Shown here piece after piece: positions 13,840-21,958 of a stretch of 32,000 nucleotides of DNA; the stretch's first letter is position 1; every line of letters starts with the position of its first letter. Where the stretch lies: positions 1,230,001 to 1,262,000 of the forward strand of contig NZ_RSDW01000001.1 of NCBI RefSeq assembly GCF_003945235.1. Reading direction: 5' to 3'. A program made the position numbers and the translations under genes. The notes under the pieces are model-generated. The model searched no databases, had not been told where the DNA came from, and worked only from the letters and a program-made list of their open reading frames with translations. The DNA comes from Edaphobacter aggregans. Lineage in GTDB: Bacteria > Acidobacteriota > Terriglobia > Terriglobales > Acidobacteriaceae.

Positions 13840-14364
13840 ATGAACTGCTCAGTTACGGGAACTCTCGCCGGTTTTAAGCGGTCAGCAGTGTTACTGGCCG
13901 CGGTTGGCTTATTCTTTAGTGCCACGGATATCATCGGCCAGAGTGCTGGAGCGTCGTCCGATGCAGTCGCCTCATCGCAATACGCTAAGGGCGGCGCAGA
14001 GGCTACCCCTTGGGGTCAGGCTCTAGCAGTGGATTTTCTCTCGGATACAAAGGGAGTCGACTTCGGGCCTTACATGAGGAAAACGCTACAAACGATCAAG
14101 GCGACGTGGCTTCCCCTGCTTCCGGACGAGGCTCGGCTTCCCTTCAATCAGCAAGGTGAGACGATCATTCGTTTCACCATCAGCCCAGATGGCAAGATAA
14201 GCGCGATGCACCTGGAGGGAGGGCCTCATCAAGCTAAGTTTGATCGTGCAGCGTGGGGAGCCATTACAGGTGTTGGACAGTTTCCGCCCCTGCCGGCAGA
14301 CTTCCACGGATCCGAGCTCGAGCTTCGTATTCACTTCCGCGTAAATAGTTCTGCAACCCCTTAG
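13840..14364 (+). CDS. Secreted TonB C-terminal-domain-like protein
   Basis: An AGGAGG Shine-Dalgarno at 13828-13833 lies 6 nt before the ATG. There is an N-terminal hydrophobic signal. The C-terminal segment QGETIIRFTISPDGKISAMHLEGGPHQAKFDRAAWGAITGVGQFPPLP resembles the TonB_C fold pattern. No proline-rich TonB spacer is present. Confidence 0.5.
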   Translation: MNCSVTGTLAGFKRSAVLLAAVGLFFSATDIIGQSAGASSDAVASSQYAKGGAEATPWGQALAVDFLSDTKGVDFGPYMRKTLQTIKATWLPLLPDEARLPFNQQGETIIRFTISPDGKISAMHLEGGPHQAKFDRAAWGAITGVGQFPPLPADFHGSELELRIHFRVNSSATP

Positions 14365-14405
14365 CGAACGAAACAGTCTGGTTCAAATGCATGGAGTGAA
14401 ATTCG

Positions 14406-16418
14406 CTACATGCGTTCGGGGGCTTCGATGCCGAGGTAGCCGAGGGCACGGATCATCTCGCGTTGAGCTACGGCGGCGGTGGCGAGGTAAAGGGCCTTGC
14501 GGGTGGGATCGGACTCGGTGAGGATGTGGTGGCGGTGGTAGAAGTTGTTGAATTGCTGAGCTAGTTGGAAGGCGTATTTGGCGAGATATGCTGGCTCGGA
14601 GGTAGCAAGACACTGCTCGATCATGAGGGTGAGCTTAGATGTGAGCAGCCAGGTCTCCCATAGAGCGTTGGCGTCTTCGCCTTCGAGCAGAGCGGTGATG
14701 TCGAGGTCGGAGATGGCGGCGAGTGCGACTTCGGGGGTGGTATCGCCTTTGCGGAAGATGTTGGCTGCGCGAACGATTGCGTACTGAACGTAGGGGCCGG
14801 TCTCGCCTTCAAAGCTGAGGGCGTCTTTGAAATCGAACGCTATGACGGTATTGCGGGTGAAGCGGAGCATGAAGTAGCGGAGGGCGCCTACGCCGATCTG
14901 CTTGGCGATGAGTTCGCGATCCGGTTCGGTTAGGCCGGGGTGACGGGTGTCGACCTCGGCTTTGGCAGCGGCGATGAGCTGGTCGAGAAGGTCGTCGGCT
15001 TTGACACCGAAGCCTTTGCGACCGCTGACTTCGATGTAGGCCCGCTTCTGGTCCTCTTCGCTGATGGGATAGCCGAGTTCGATGGCGCAGCGTGGCGTGA
15101 GGGCGACCATCTCGTAGCTGAAGTGGGTGTAGCGGTCGGCGGCTTCGGTGAAGCCCATGCCGCGGAGGGCCTGGACGACCTGGGTCTGGGGGTCGTTCTG
15201 GCGGGAGTCGATGACGTTGTAGATGGCGTCGGCGTGGCCGAAGACGGGATGGCCGGGATCGCTTGGGCCATCGGTTGAGATCCAGCAGGTGTGGGTCGGG
15301 TACTGATGGAATTTTTTGTAGCCGAAGTCTTTGCCGGGCAGCAGACCGAACTTCCAGAGGTGGTAGGCGATGTCTTTGCCGACATAGGTGACGGTACCGT
15401 TGGAACGAACGATGACCTTGGCGTCTTCGTCGGGGCCGTCGGTTCCCTCTTCGGCTTCCGTGGCTCCGGCGCGGCGCATGACGTAGCAGCCTTTGTTTTT
15501 GCCTGCGGTCTCGAGGTAGAGGACACCCTTTTCCATCATGAGGGCCCCGGCGGCGTCCCAGAAGTGAAGATGAAGGATCTCGCTCTCGCGGGGGAGGAAG
15601 TCGTACTCGATGCTGAGACGCTCCATGGTTTCGAGGTGGCGGCGAAGGACTGCGGTGGCGATGAGGTCGGCGATCTCGGCGGTGTCGTTGCCTCCGGCTT
15701 CAAGGGCGTGGAGGGTATCGAGGCGGATTTGTTTGCGCGCGGCTAGTTGATCGGGGTCGGCGGTGTACCACTGGGAGATGCGGGCGTAGAGGTCCCAGCA
15801 GTAAAAATCGATGCGCTGGTTGGTGACGGCGAGATCGGCGAGGAGTTCTCGGGTGGATGCGAGGTCTTTGCCTTCGAGATGGACGAGGCCAACGACGACA
15901 TCTGCGACCTGGACGCCGGTGTTGTCGATGTAGTTCTGGACGCCGACCTCGTAGCCACGCTTGTAGCTGTCGGGGCGTAGGAGACGCTGGAAGGTATCGC
16001 CGAGGATGGCGTTGCGGAGATGGCCGATGTGGGCGGCTTTGTTGGGATTGATGCTAGTGTGCTCGACGAGGCGGAAGCCAGGGCCTCCTATATCGGCGTG
16101 CTGGTCGGCTGCAATGCGGCGGACGGTGGCGGCGCGGTCGAGGCGGATGTTGAGGTACCCGGCTCCTGCGACCTCTATGCTGGCGATGCCTTCTAGTTCT
16201 GGGAGAGCGGCGGTGAGTTCCGCTGCGAGTTCTGTCGCGATGGCCCGGGGGGCTTTGCGGAGGCGCTTGGCCAGCTCGAAGGCTACGGGGAGGGCGAGCT
16301 CGCCGAGGGCGATGCTGGGCGCCTGCTCGACGGATAGCTGCGCGAGCGTAATGTCGTACTTCGCGAGGAGGATGGCCTGGATGCGGGCCAACAGAGACTG
16401 CTGAATTGTGCGATACAT
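14406..16418 (-). CDS. argS: Arginine--tRNA ligase
   Basis: 670-aa class I synthetase carrying the HIGH motif (NPNKAAHIGHLRNAILGD). It has an ArgRS-type N-terminal additional domain and a C-terminal anticodon-binding (DALR-like) region. Confidence 0.93.
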   Translation of the reverse strand: MYRTIQQSLLARIQAILLAKYDITLAQLSVEQAPSIALGELALPVAFELAKRLRKAPRAIATELAAELTAALPELEGIASIEVAGAGYLNIRLDRAATVRRIAADQHADIGGPGFRLVEHTSINPNKAAHIGHLRNAILGDTFQRLLRPDSYKRGYEVGVQNYIDNTGVQVADVVVGLVHLEGKDLASTRELLADLAVTNQRIDFYCWDLYARISQWYTADPDQLAARKQIRLDTLHALEAGGNDTAEIADLIATAVLRRHLETMERLSIEYDFLPRESEILHLHFWDAAGALMMEKGVLYLETAGKNKGCYVMRRAGATEAEEGTDGPDEDAKVIVRSNGTVTYVGKDIAYHLWKFGLLPGKDFGYKKFHQYPTHTCWISTDGPSDPGHPVFGHADAIYNVIDSRQNDPQTQVVQALRGMGFTEAADRYTHFSYEMVALTPRCAIELGYPISEEDQKRAYIEVSGRKGFGVKADDLLDQLIAAAKAEVDTRHPGLTEPDRELIAKQIGVGALRYFMLRFTRNTVIAFDFKDALSFEGETGPYVQYAIVRAANIFRKGDTTPEVALAAISDLDITALLEGEDANALWETWLLTSKLTLMIEQCLATSEPAYLAKYAFQLAQQFNNFYHRHHILTESDPTRKALYLATAAVAQREMIRALGYLGIEAPERM

Positions 16419-16491
16419 GCTTCGAGTTCACCGCTTGTCGAGTGTAATTGGGGCTTGAATCCAGTTTACGCGAGCTGAGGCGAATCGAGGG

Positions 16492-17499
16492 CTAAGGCAG
16501 CTCGGCGGGGAGGGTTTCGATCTCTTTGAGCAACGGGGTGGTGTTGTGGATGCGGAAGCGGTGGATGAGGAAGATGAGGCCTCCCGCTCCTGTCACGGAG
16601 ATCAGCAGCCAGGCATGGAGGGCAAGGCCGTAGATGGCGGCTCGGGCGGGGTCTGCGCCGTGGCTTACGAGGGAAGTGCGGACGGCTAGCTCGAAGGTTC
16701 CGATGGCTCCGGGGGAGCTGGGGATAAGGTAGGAGAGGTTCGCGGCGGAGACAGCCTGCCATGGGCCGATGCGATCGGTGACCAGGCCGATGAGATGAGC
16801 GGCTGAGACGAAGATCATGCCCTCGCAGGCCCAGATAACTGCGGATTGAAGAAGAAGCAGGATTGAGCCGAGAATGCCTATCTGGCGGATGCAATCAAGC
16901 GCGAGGAGGAGCCAGTGCTCGATCTTGGCTAGCAGGGGCTTTTGCGGAAGACGGGCGAGGAGACTGCGGATGGGAGACTCGAGCACACGGGCGCCGAGGA
17001 TTAAGACGAGAAGTCCCGTGATGGAGATGGCCAGTGTCAGATAGGCCACGAAGCGGTAGTGGGGAGCGACACCTTTGCCCATGAAGACGACGAAGAGGAG
17101 GACGAGAATGAAGATGTCGAGGAGTTTTTCGAGGATGACGGTGCTGAGGATGACGGAGGGTGCGGCCCCGAGGTCGCCTGAGTAGGTGAAGACGCGCATG
17201 ATGTCGCCGATACGCAGAGGCAGGATATTGTTGGCGGCGAGCGAGGTCATCAGGACGCGGGCGCAGACAGCGAAACCGGCTCCGGTGGACCGCATCATGT
17301 ACGTCCAGCGGACGCAGCGGAGGGTGTAACTGGCGAGCGTGAAGGCGAAAACGCCGATGATCCAAAAAGGATGTTCGAAACGGAGAGCTCGGATCTGAGC
17401 GAAGGATATTCCTTTGAAGGTGTACCAGAGGAAGAATGCGCTGATGAGCAGGCCAGGAAGTGCTTTGAGCAGATTATGGCTACGCGAGGCATTAGTCAT
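16492..17499 (-). CDS. Polytopic membrane protein, UPF0104 / lysyl-phosphatidylglycerol-synthase-TM-like (flippase-like) family
   Basis: 335 aa with about 8 hydrophobic segments. The N-terminal pattern LLISAFFLWYTFKGISFAQIRALRFEHPFWIIGVFAFTLASYTLRCVRWTYMM fits my memory of this family. The assignment rests on size and pattern only. Confidence 0.6.
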   Translation of the reverse strand: MTNASRSHNLLKALPGLLISAFFLWYTFKGISFAQIRALRFEHPFWIIGVFAFTLASYTLRCVRWTYMMRSTGAGFAVCARVLMTSLAANNILPLRIGDIMRVFTYSGDLGAAPSVILSTVILEKLLDIFILVLLFVVFMGKGVAPHYRFVAYLTLAISITGLLVLILGARVLESPIRSLLARLPQKPLLAKIEHWLLLALDCIRQIGILGSILLLLQSAVIWACEGMIFVSAAHLIGLVTDRIGPWQAVSAANLSYLIPSSPGAIGTFELAVRTSLVSHGADPARAAIYGLALHAWLLISVTGAGGLIFLIHRFRIHNTTPLLKEIETLPAELP

Positions 17500-17627
17500 G
17501 CAGACACCGTCGTCTGATGGCGGAAAGCTGCTGCTTGAGTAGGTACACAGAGAGCCGGGAAGAAGAGAAGCATGCTGCTTCCATTGTATCGTCCGGTCGC
17601 ATGGTCTTCTGGATGGAAGTGATGGTG

Positions 17628-17659
17628 TGCCGTCTGCCCATTGTTCCGGGCAGACGGCA
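17628..17659 (-). terminator. GC-rich stem-loop directly after the stop of the 17666-19702 gene (terminator-like, no U-tract)
   Basis: TGCCGTCTGCCC (17628-17639), loop attgttcc, GGGCAGACGGCA (17648-17659). This is a perfect 12-bp stem located 6 nt downstream of the stop codon on the minus strand. No T-run follows it on the minus strand. Confidence 0.4.
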
Positions 17660-17665
17660 GTTTGA

Positions 17666-19702
17666 TCACTTGCCTGCGGGTGATGTGCTCGCGGTAGTTG
17701 TGGGAGCGACAGTGAGGACTACACTTTCCTGGTCCTTAGTCTCCACCTTGTTATAGAAGGTGCGGAGGTCAAAGTACTCGTTCGGCAAAAAAATGATCTC
17801 GCCCAACGTGTAATCCCGGCGGAAGGTGACGCTGGTTGGAGTGGACTCCGTTTTAAGGGTGTATGCAGCGGAGTTCTGAAATTGTTGTTTATCGCCGGTT
17901 GGGAGCGATTCCACTTTGAAAGTTGAGGGAAAGTTGATGCGAACGGCATCCTGCGCGACTTGGGGGTAATGGAAGTAGACGGCGACCTCCCGCTTCTCGT
18001 GAGGAAAGGTTGGCTTGGAGTTGGTTTCGAAGATATCGCCGGTGATCAGGAGACGCTTTCCGGTGGAGGAGCCGATCGGACCTTTGACGTAGAAGTTGAC
18101 GGAGAGAGGCTGTTCGTAGTCTTCGAGTTTTTCGATTGAGGATAGCTTGACGTCCATCCCCTGCGGCAGGAGATGTTCCAGACTGACGCGCAGTTCGCGT
18201 TCGAGACTGGTCTGGTCGCCTGTAAGCGAACGCTGCCGCCAGCTCATCGCCGGAGCCCCAATGTAAGTCATCTTGATGGCTCCAGTAACGATTCCCTGCT
18301 GATCCATGGTCAGGTTGGCAACACGCTGAACGTGGGATGCGGTGTAGGGTTCACGCGGAGTCTGAATCAGAGCGGTGCCTGAGTCGGTCTGGCGCAGACT
18401 GCCCGCCATGGTGTGCTTCCAGGCGAGATGCTGATATGGGCAGTAGCGCGAACCGGGATCGAAGTATTGCTCCTTGCCATCGACGTTGACGATCGCGATG
18501 TCGTCGTCGAATTGCGACATGTTGAGATAGCCCGCAAGAAAGATGTTGTGATCACGACTGACGACTGTGGAGAGATAAGCCTTCATACCAGCAGCGCGAG
18601 CCATAGCGACGAAGAGGGTGGCAAGCTGGTCTCCGTTGCCGCGCTTGTGCTCCCATATGTCGTCGGTGTTACGGACCTCGTGAAGACCCTGGGCCTTTTC
18701 TTCAGCGTCAGAGTGTTCGCGGGTAAAGTCGGTGTTCTCGAGCTTCATGACAGCGGCGTATATCTTGCGAAGCTTCTGGTCCTGCGTGTCTGTGGGAGTG
18801 GTTAGATCCTGAACAGCGGCGCGGATGCCGGGGCCGGGCCCAATGAATTTATCGCGCAGCTTGGACCAGTGCTTGCCCTCGCTCTTCCAAGCTTCGTCAG
18901 CGGTGCGGTAGGGCGAATAGTAGAAGAGAACGCGGAAGGAGAGGCTGGTTATCGGTGGCATGTACTCCTCCTCGGGGGCGGGAGGAACGTCGTGGGCGTT
19001 GACTTCGAAAGTGTACCGGCCATTATTTCCGCCCACGCCGGGTAGTTGTGTTTTTTTGAATTCCGCAGTGGCAGGCAGGACAGGAAACCAGGCGATGCTG
19101 CTGGTAAGCTGACCACGATCGTCACTGCTCACAAGCTGTTTGTCGGTCGGCTTCCACATATAGTGAGCTTTGCGGGTGTAGAGGTCGGATTGGATGTACC
19201 AGCTGGGAGCCATGAACCAGTGATCGTCCATACGGCGGGTGTATCTATACTCGATGATGCTGCCTACCTCGACGTCGGGTAGCGTAAAGACCTTGGCCAT
19301 ATGGCGCATCTCCTTGGTCTTTTCGATGAGTTTGTCGTAGGGCTTGCCGCTGAATGGGATGGCGGTGCCGTCAGGGTGAATGGTTCGACCGGCGATGTCG
19401 TTGACACTGATGCCGCCCTCGCCTTTCGAGTACGGCAGCTCAACGTTGGCGTACTCCTTACCCTTCTCCGTAAGGACCTTGAGACGAATGTAGATGCTGA
19501 ACATGTGCAGATCGTCTTCAGTCTTCTCTTCTCGGAAGAGATAGACGGCAGCGGCACCGGGAACCTCGGGCTGCGAGGTCATGGAGAGCTCTTCTTTGGT
19601 GGGGACTGTCCACTGATCGGCTCGAGCAAGCGGGGCGGCAAGGCTGATAAGTGAGGCAAGGAGTACAGTTCGGAGGAGGCGAGAGCTTAACGTGCACTTC
19701 AT
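17666..19702 (-). CDS. Secreted DUF3857 / transglutaminase-like / DUF3858-type protein lacking the catalytic Cys and His (predicted inactive paralogue)
   Basis: The signal peptide is MKCTLSSRLLRTVLLASLISLAAPLARA. The overall architecture parallels the upstream paralogue. The segment aligned to the transglutaminase core reads RGNGDQLATLFVAMARAAGMKAY, with Gly (18632-18634) where the paralogue has Cys. FDDDIAIVNV occupies the place of GNHMIAAIEI. Confidence 0.7.
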   Translation of the reverse strand: MKCTLSSRLLRTVLLASLISLAAPLARADQWTVPTKEELSMTSQPEVPGAAAVYLFREEKTEDDLHMFSIYIRLKVLTEKGKEYANVELPYSKGEGGISVNDIAGRTIHPDGTAIPFSGKPYDKLIEKTKEMRHMAKVFTLPDVEVGSIIEYRYTRRMDDHWFMAPSWYIQSDLYTRKAHYMWKPTDKQLVSSDDRGQLTSSIAWFPVLPATAEFKKTQLPGVGGNNGRYTFEVNAHDVPPAPEEEYMPPITSLSFRVLFYYSPYRTADEAWKSEGKHWSKLRDKFIGPGPGIRAAVQDLTTPTDTQDQKLRKIYAAVMKLENTDFTREHSDAEEKAQGLHEVRNTDDIWEHKRGNGDQLATLFVAMARAAGMKAYLSTVVSRDHNIFLAGYLNMSQFDDDIAIVNVDGKEQYFDPGSRYCPYQHLAWKHTMAGSLRQTDSGTALIQTPREPYTASHVQRVANLTMDQQGIVTGAIKMTYIGAPAMSWRQRSLTGDQTSLERELRVSLEHLLPQGMDVKLSSIEKLEDYEQPLSVNFYVKGPIGSSTGKRLLITGDIFETNSKPTFPHEKREVAVYFHYPQVAQDAVRINFPSTFKVESLPTGDKQQFQNSAAYTLKTESTPTSVTFRRDYTLGEIIFLPNEYFDLRTFYNKVETKDQESVVLTVAPTTTASTSPAGK

Positions 19703-19756
19703 CTTAGGGTCGTTCCTTCTTTCATTTGCAGCAGGAGGCTGACTTTCGTTTAGTAG

Positions 19757-21751
19757 CTACTTCTTTTTGAGGACGGCGCTACTTTGTTCGTCGGCAGCAA
19801 TAACGCCTGCCAGTTTCTGGAGATCGCTATACCGGTCGGCGGGAAGAGTGACCTCGCGGACGGTATAGGTGCGACTGTAGTGGAGGACGTTGTCCTTGAC
19901 TTGAGTGGAGCTCTCGTAGGCGGCGAAGCCCATGTCGAGCTTGACGGGCTCAGGAATCTCATCCACCGCGTAACCGGCGGGCAGCTCGATGTCGTAGTCG
20001 TCGATTGCCTGCATAGTCTCCTTCATGTCGATGGGGATGCGGCGTGTTTTGTGTTCGGTGTATAGGCCCTCACTGCCTAGGACGCGAGGGCGCACCATGA
20101 GCAGTGGTCCCATCACTTTGCCGAAACGGTCGGCGTTGAGAGCGAAGGTCGTGGTGAGGTCCTTGTTAAGGGCCTCGGCGTTTTCAACCTTGAAATCGGA
20201 GACTTTGAAGGTGGTGAAGTCCTGCTCGAGGAGGTGGTCGAGAGAGTCGCTTTGCTCCTTGGCATCACCAGAGGTGTAGAGAGTTCGGCGGCCTTCGGAG
20301 ACATCGCCGAAGCGCTTCTCTGTAACTGTACCTTTCAGGGAGCCATCGGGCTGAAGTTGGAAGCTGGCGGTGCGGCGGATGGTATTGAGTTCCGGTGCGA
20401 GGAGGGGAAACTTGATGACCTGGCTGTTGCTGCCTTCCATCAGGATGCCGTAGCTTCCCTGGAGGTTGTGCTCCAGCTGGCCGAAGGCAGTCTTGTCCCA
20501 TGTCGGATCGAAGATGAGGTATTGCCGGCCTGTCTTTGCGGTGACGACACTGCGGAGCTTTGGCGAGCTGTATCCCTTGGGGATTTCGATGGCCGCGATC
20601 ATGTGGTTGCCCACGATGGATGGGGCGTCGGGATCGATGACGCCGCGCCGGGTGTCGACCATCACGAGCGCAGCGTGAATGTCGACGGCAGAGAGCATCG
20701 CTGCAAGCAGGGTTGCCTTGTCCTTGCAGTCGCCGTAGCGATTACGGAAGATATCGCCGGCGAAGTGAGGCTGGTAGCCGCCAATGCCCATCTCGATGAC
20801 GAAGTAGCGGACCTGCTTCTGAACGAATTCAGCGATGGCTTCGGTTTTGTCGTAGAAATCGGTCTTGCCGGCGGTAAGTTCTTTTGCCTTAGCGGCGATC
20901 TCAGGGGTAGGGATAAGGCGATCCTTAGAGAGAGTCTGATACCACTCGCCGATGCTTTGCCACGAACCCTGACTTGCGGCAGGAGCTCCTGGCGGGGCGT
21001 AGTGCACGGTCATACGGCCGGCGAGGGCCATCTCAGAAGGACGCATCTGAACGTGCTGAAGTTCGATGGCAGGAGTGTCATTCATCTCCCATCGCCAACG
21101 CTGGTGCTCAAGATCGATGGACTTGGTCTGCTCATGGTGAGCCCATACTGTGCCGTAGGTATAGCCAGGAGGAAGCTCAAGTGTGAAGGCTTGATGGAGA
21201 CGCGGAGTGTCACTTTGGAAGTGCCAGGTCTTCTCAGTCAGGTAAGGCAGGACACGCTGTTCGTACTCGTAGGCGACGACGCCACCTGGATCGCGGCCGG
21301 GCGCCCGCGCTGCCTTGAATTTGATGTCTTCAAAGAGATTGCCTTGGCCGGGATAGCCGAACTCGACGATCTCCTTATCCTTGACCTCATATTCGTGTCC
21401 GTCGGGACCGACGCTCCACACATGGAGGGAGAGAATCTTCGTGTCTTTGTCGAAGGGCACATAGACGATGGCCTCGTCCCTGCCCTGAGGCCGGAGAATC
21501 TTTATAGCGGAACGGTAGTGCTCGATGGCGCTGCCGTCGGGGGCTACGGAGTAGGTCGTGTCCTCAAGAAGAATTGCCGCGTTGGTCTCTGGGGTGTAGG
21601 CTGGGAGTTTTTGCGCAGCGGCTGTGCGAACCCACTCCGGAACACTGTCCGGCTTGGCTGCGAGTAACGGCGACGACGTGATGACAGCGAGGACGGCAGA
21701 GACGAAGAGATGCTTACGGACTCTTCGCAGTGGAACAGTGCAGCCAATCAT
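19757..21751 (-). CDS. Secreted DUF3857 + transglutaminase-like (Cys-His-Asp) + DUF3858-type protein
   Basis: The N-terminus is signal-like (KHLFVSAVLAVITSSPLLAAKP). The core motif is RYGDCKDKATLLAAMLSAVDI, with the Cys codon at 20726-20728. GNHMIAAIEI and LIFDPTWD supply candidate His and Asp residues. The family call is from memory of DUF3857/transglutaminase proteins. Confidence 0.75.
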   Translation of the reverse strand: MIGCTVPLRRVRKHLFVSAVLAVITSSPLLAAKPDSVPEWVRTAAAQKLPAYTPETNAAILLEDTTYSVAPDGSAIEHYRSAIKILRPQGRDEAIVYVPFDKDTKILSLHVWSVGPDGHEYEVKDKEIVEFGYPGQGNLFEDIKFKAARAPGRDPGGVVAYEYEQRVLPYLTEKTWHFQSDTPRLHQAFTLELPPGYTYGTVWAHHEQTKSIDLEHQRWRWEMNDTPAIELQHVQMRPSEMALAGRMTVHYAPPGAPAASQGSWQSIGEWYQTLSKDRLIPTPEIAAKAKELTAGKTDFYDKTEAIAEFVQKQVRYFVIEMGIGGYQPHFAGDIFRNRYGDCKDKATLLAAMLSAVDIHAALVMVDTRRGVIDPDAPSIVGNHMIAAIEIPKGYSSPKLRSVVTAKTGRQYLIFDPTWDKTAFGQLEHNLQGSYGILMEGSNSQVIKFPLLAPELNTIRRTASFQLQPDGSLKGTVTEKRFGDVSEGRRTLYTSGDAKEQSDSLDHLLEQDFTTFKVSDFKVENAEALNKDLTTTFALNADRFGKVMGPLLMVRPRVLGSEGLYTEHKTRRIPIDMKETMQAIDDYDIELPAGYAVDEIPEPVKLDMGFAAYESSTQVKDNVLHYSRTYTVREVTLPADRYSDLQKLAGVIAADEQSSAVLKKK

Positions 21752-21855
21752 GAAGCCCCTTGCGCACGACTCTCTTATACCGAATGGGGGGAGCCATGCC
21801 GGAGTTGAGGGATCTGCGTGCCAGAGTTATACGACGAAGGACGTTACAGTTCAAG

Positions 21856-21888
21856 AAAAATCAAGCCCCAAAAGATCCTCTTCGGGGG
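21856..21888 (-). terminator. Possible rho-independent terminator about 70 nt after bcsC
   Basis: The minus strand reads CCCCGAAG-aggat-CTTTTGGGG, an 8-bp stem including two G-U pairs. It is followed by CTTGATTTTTCTTG. The stem is weak and the T-run is offset by 5 nt. Confidence 0.35.
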
Positions 21889-21958
21889 ATTGCGCTGAAC
21901 TAAATTCTGGTGTTCTTGAATTCTACATCCGAATCATTCCCCGCTGAAATGGCCGTGG

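Noticed and set aside
20234-21667. 477-aa plus-strand ORF
   Set aside because: It is antisense to the transglutaminase-like gene. The translation is a Gly/Val/Leu/Ala/Glu-rich shadow ORF without motifs.
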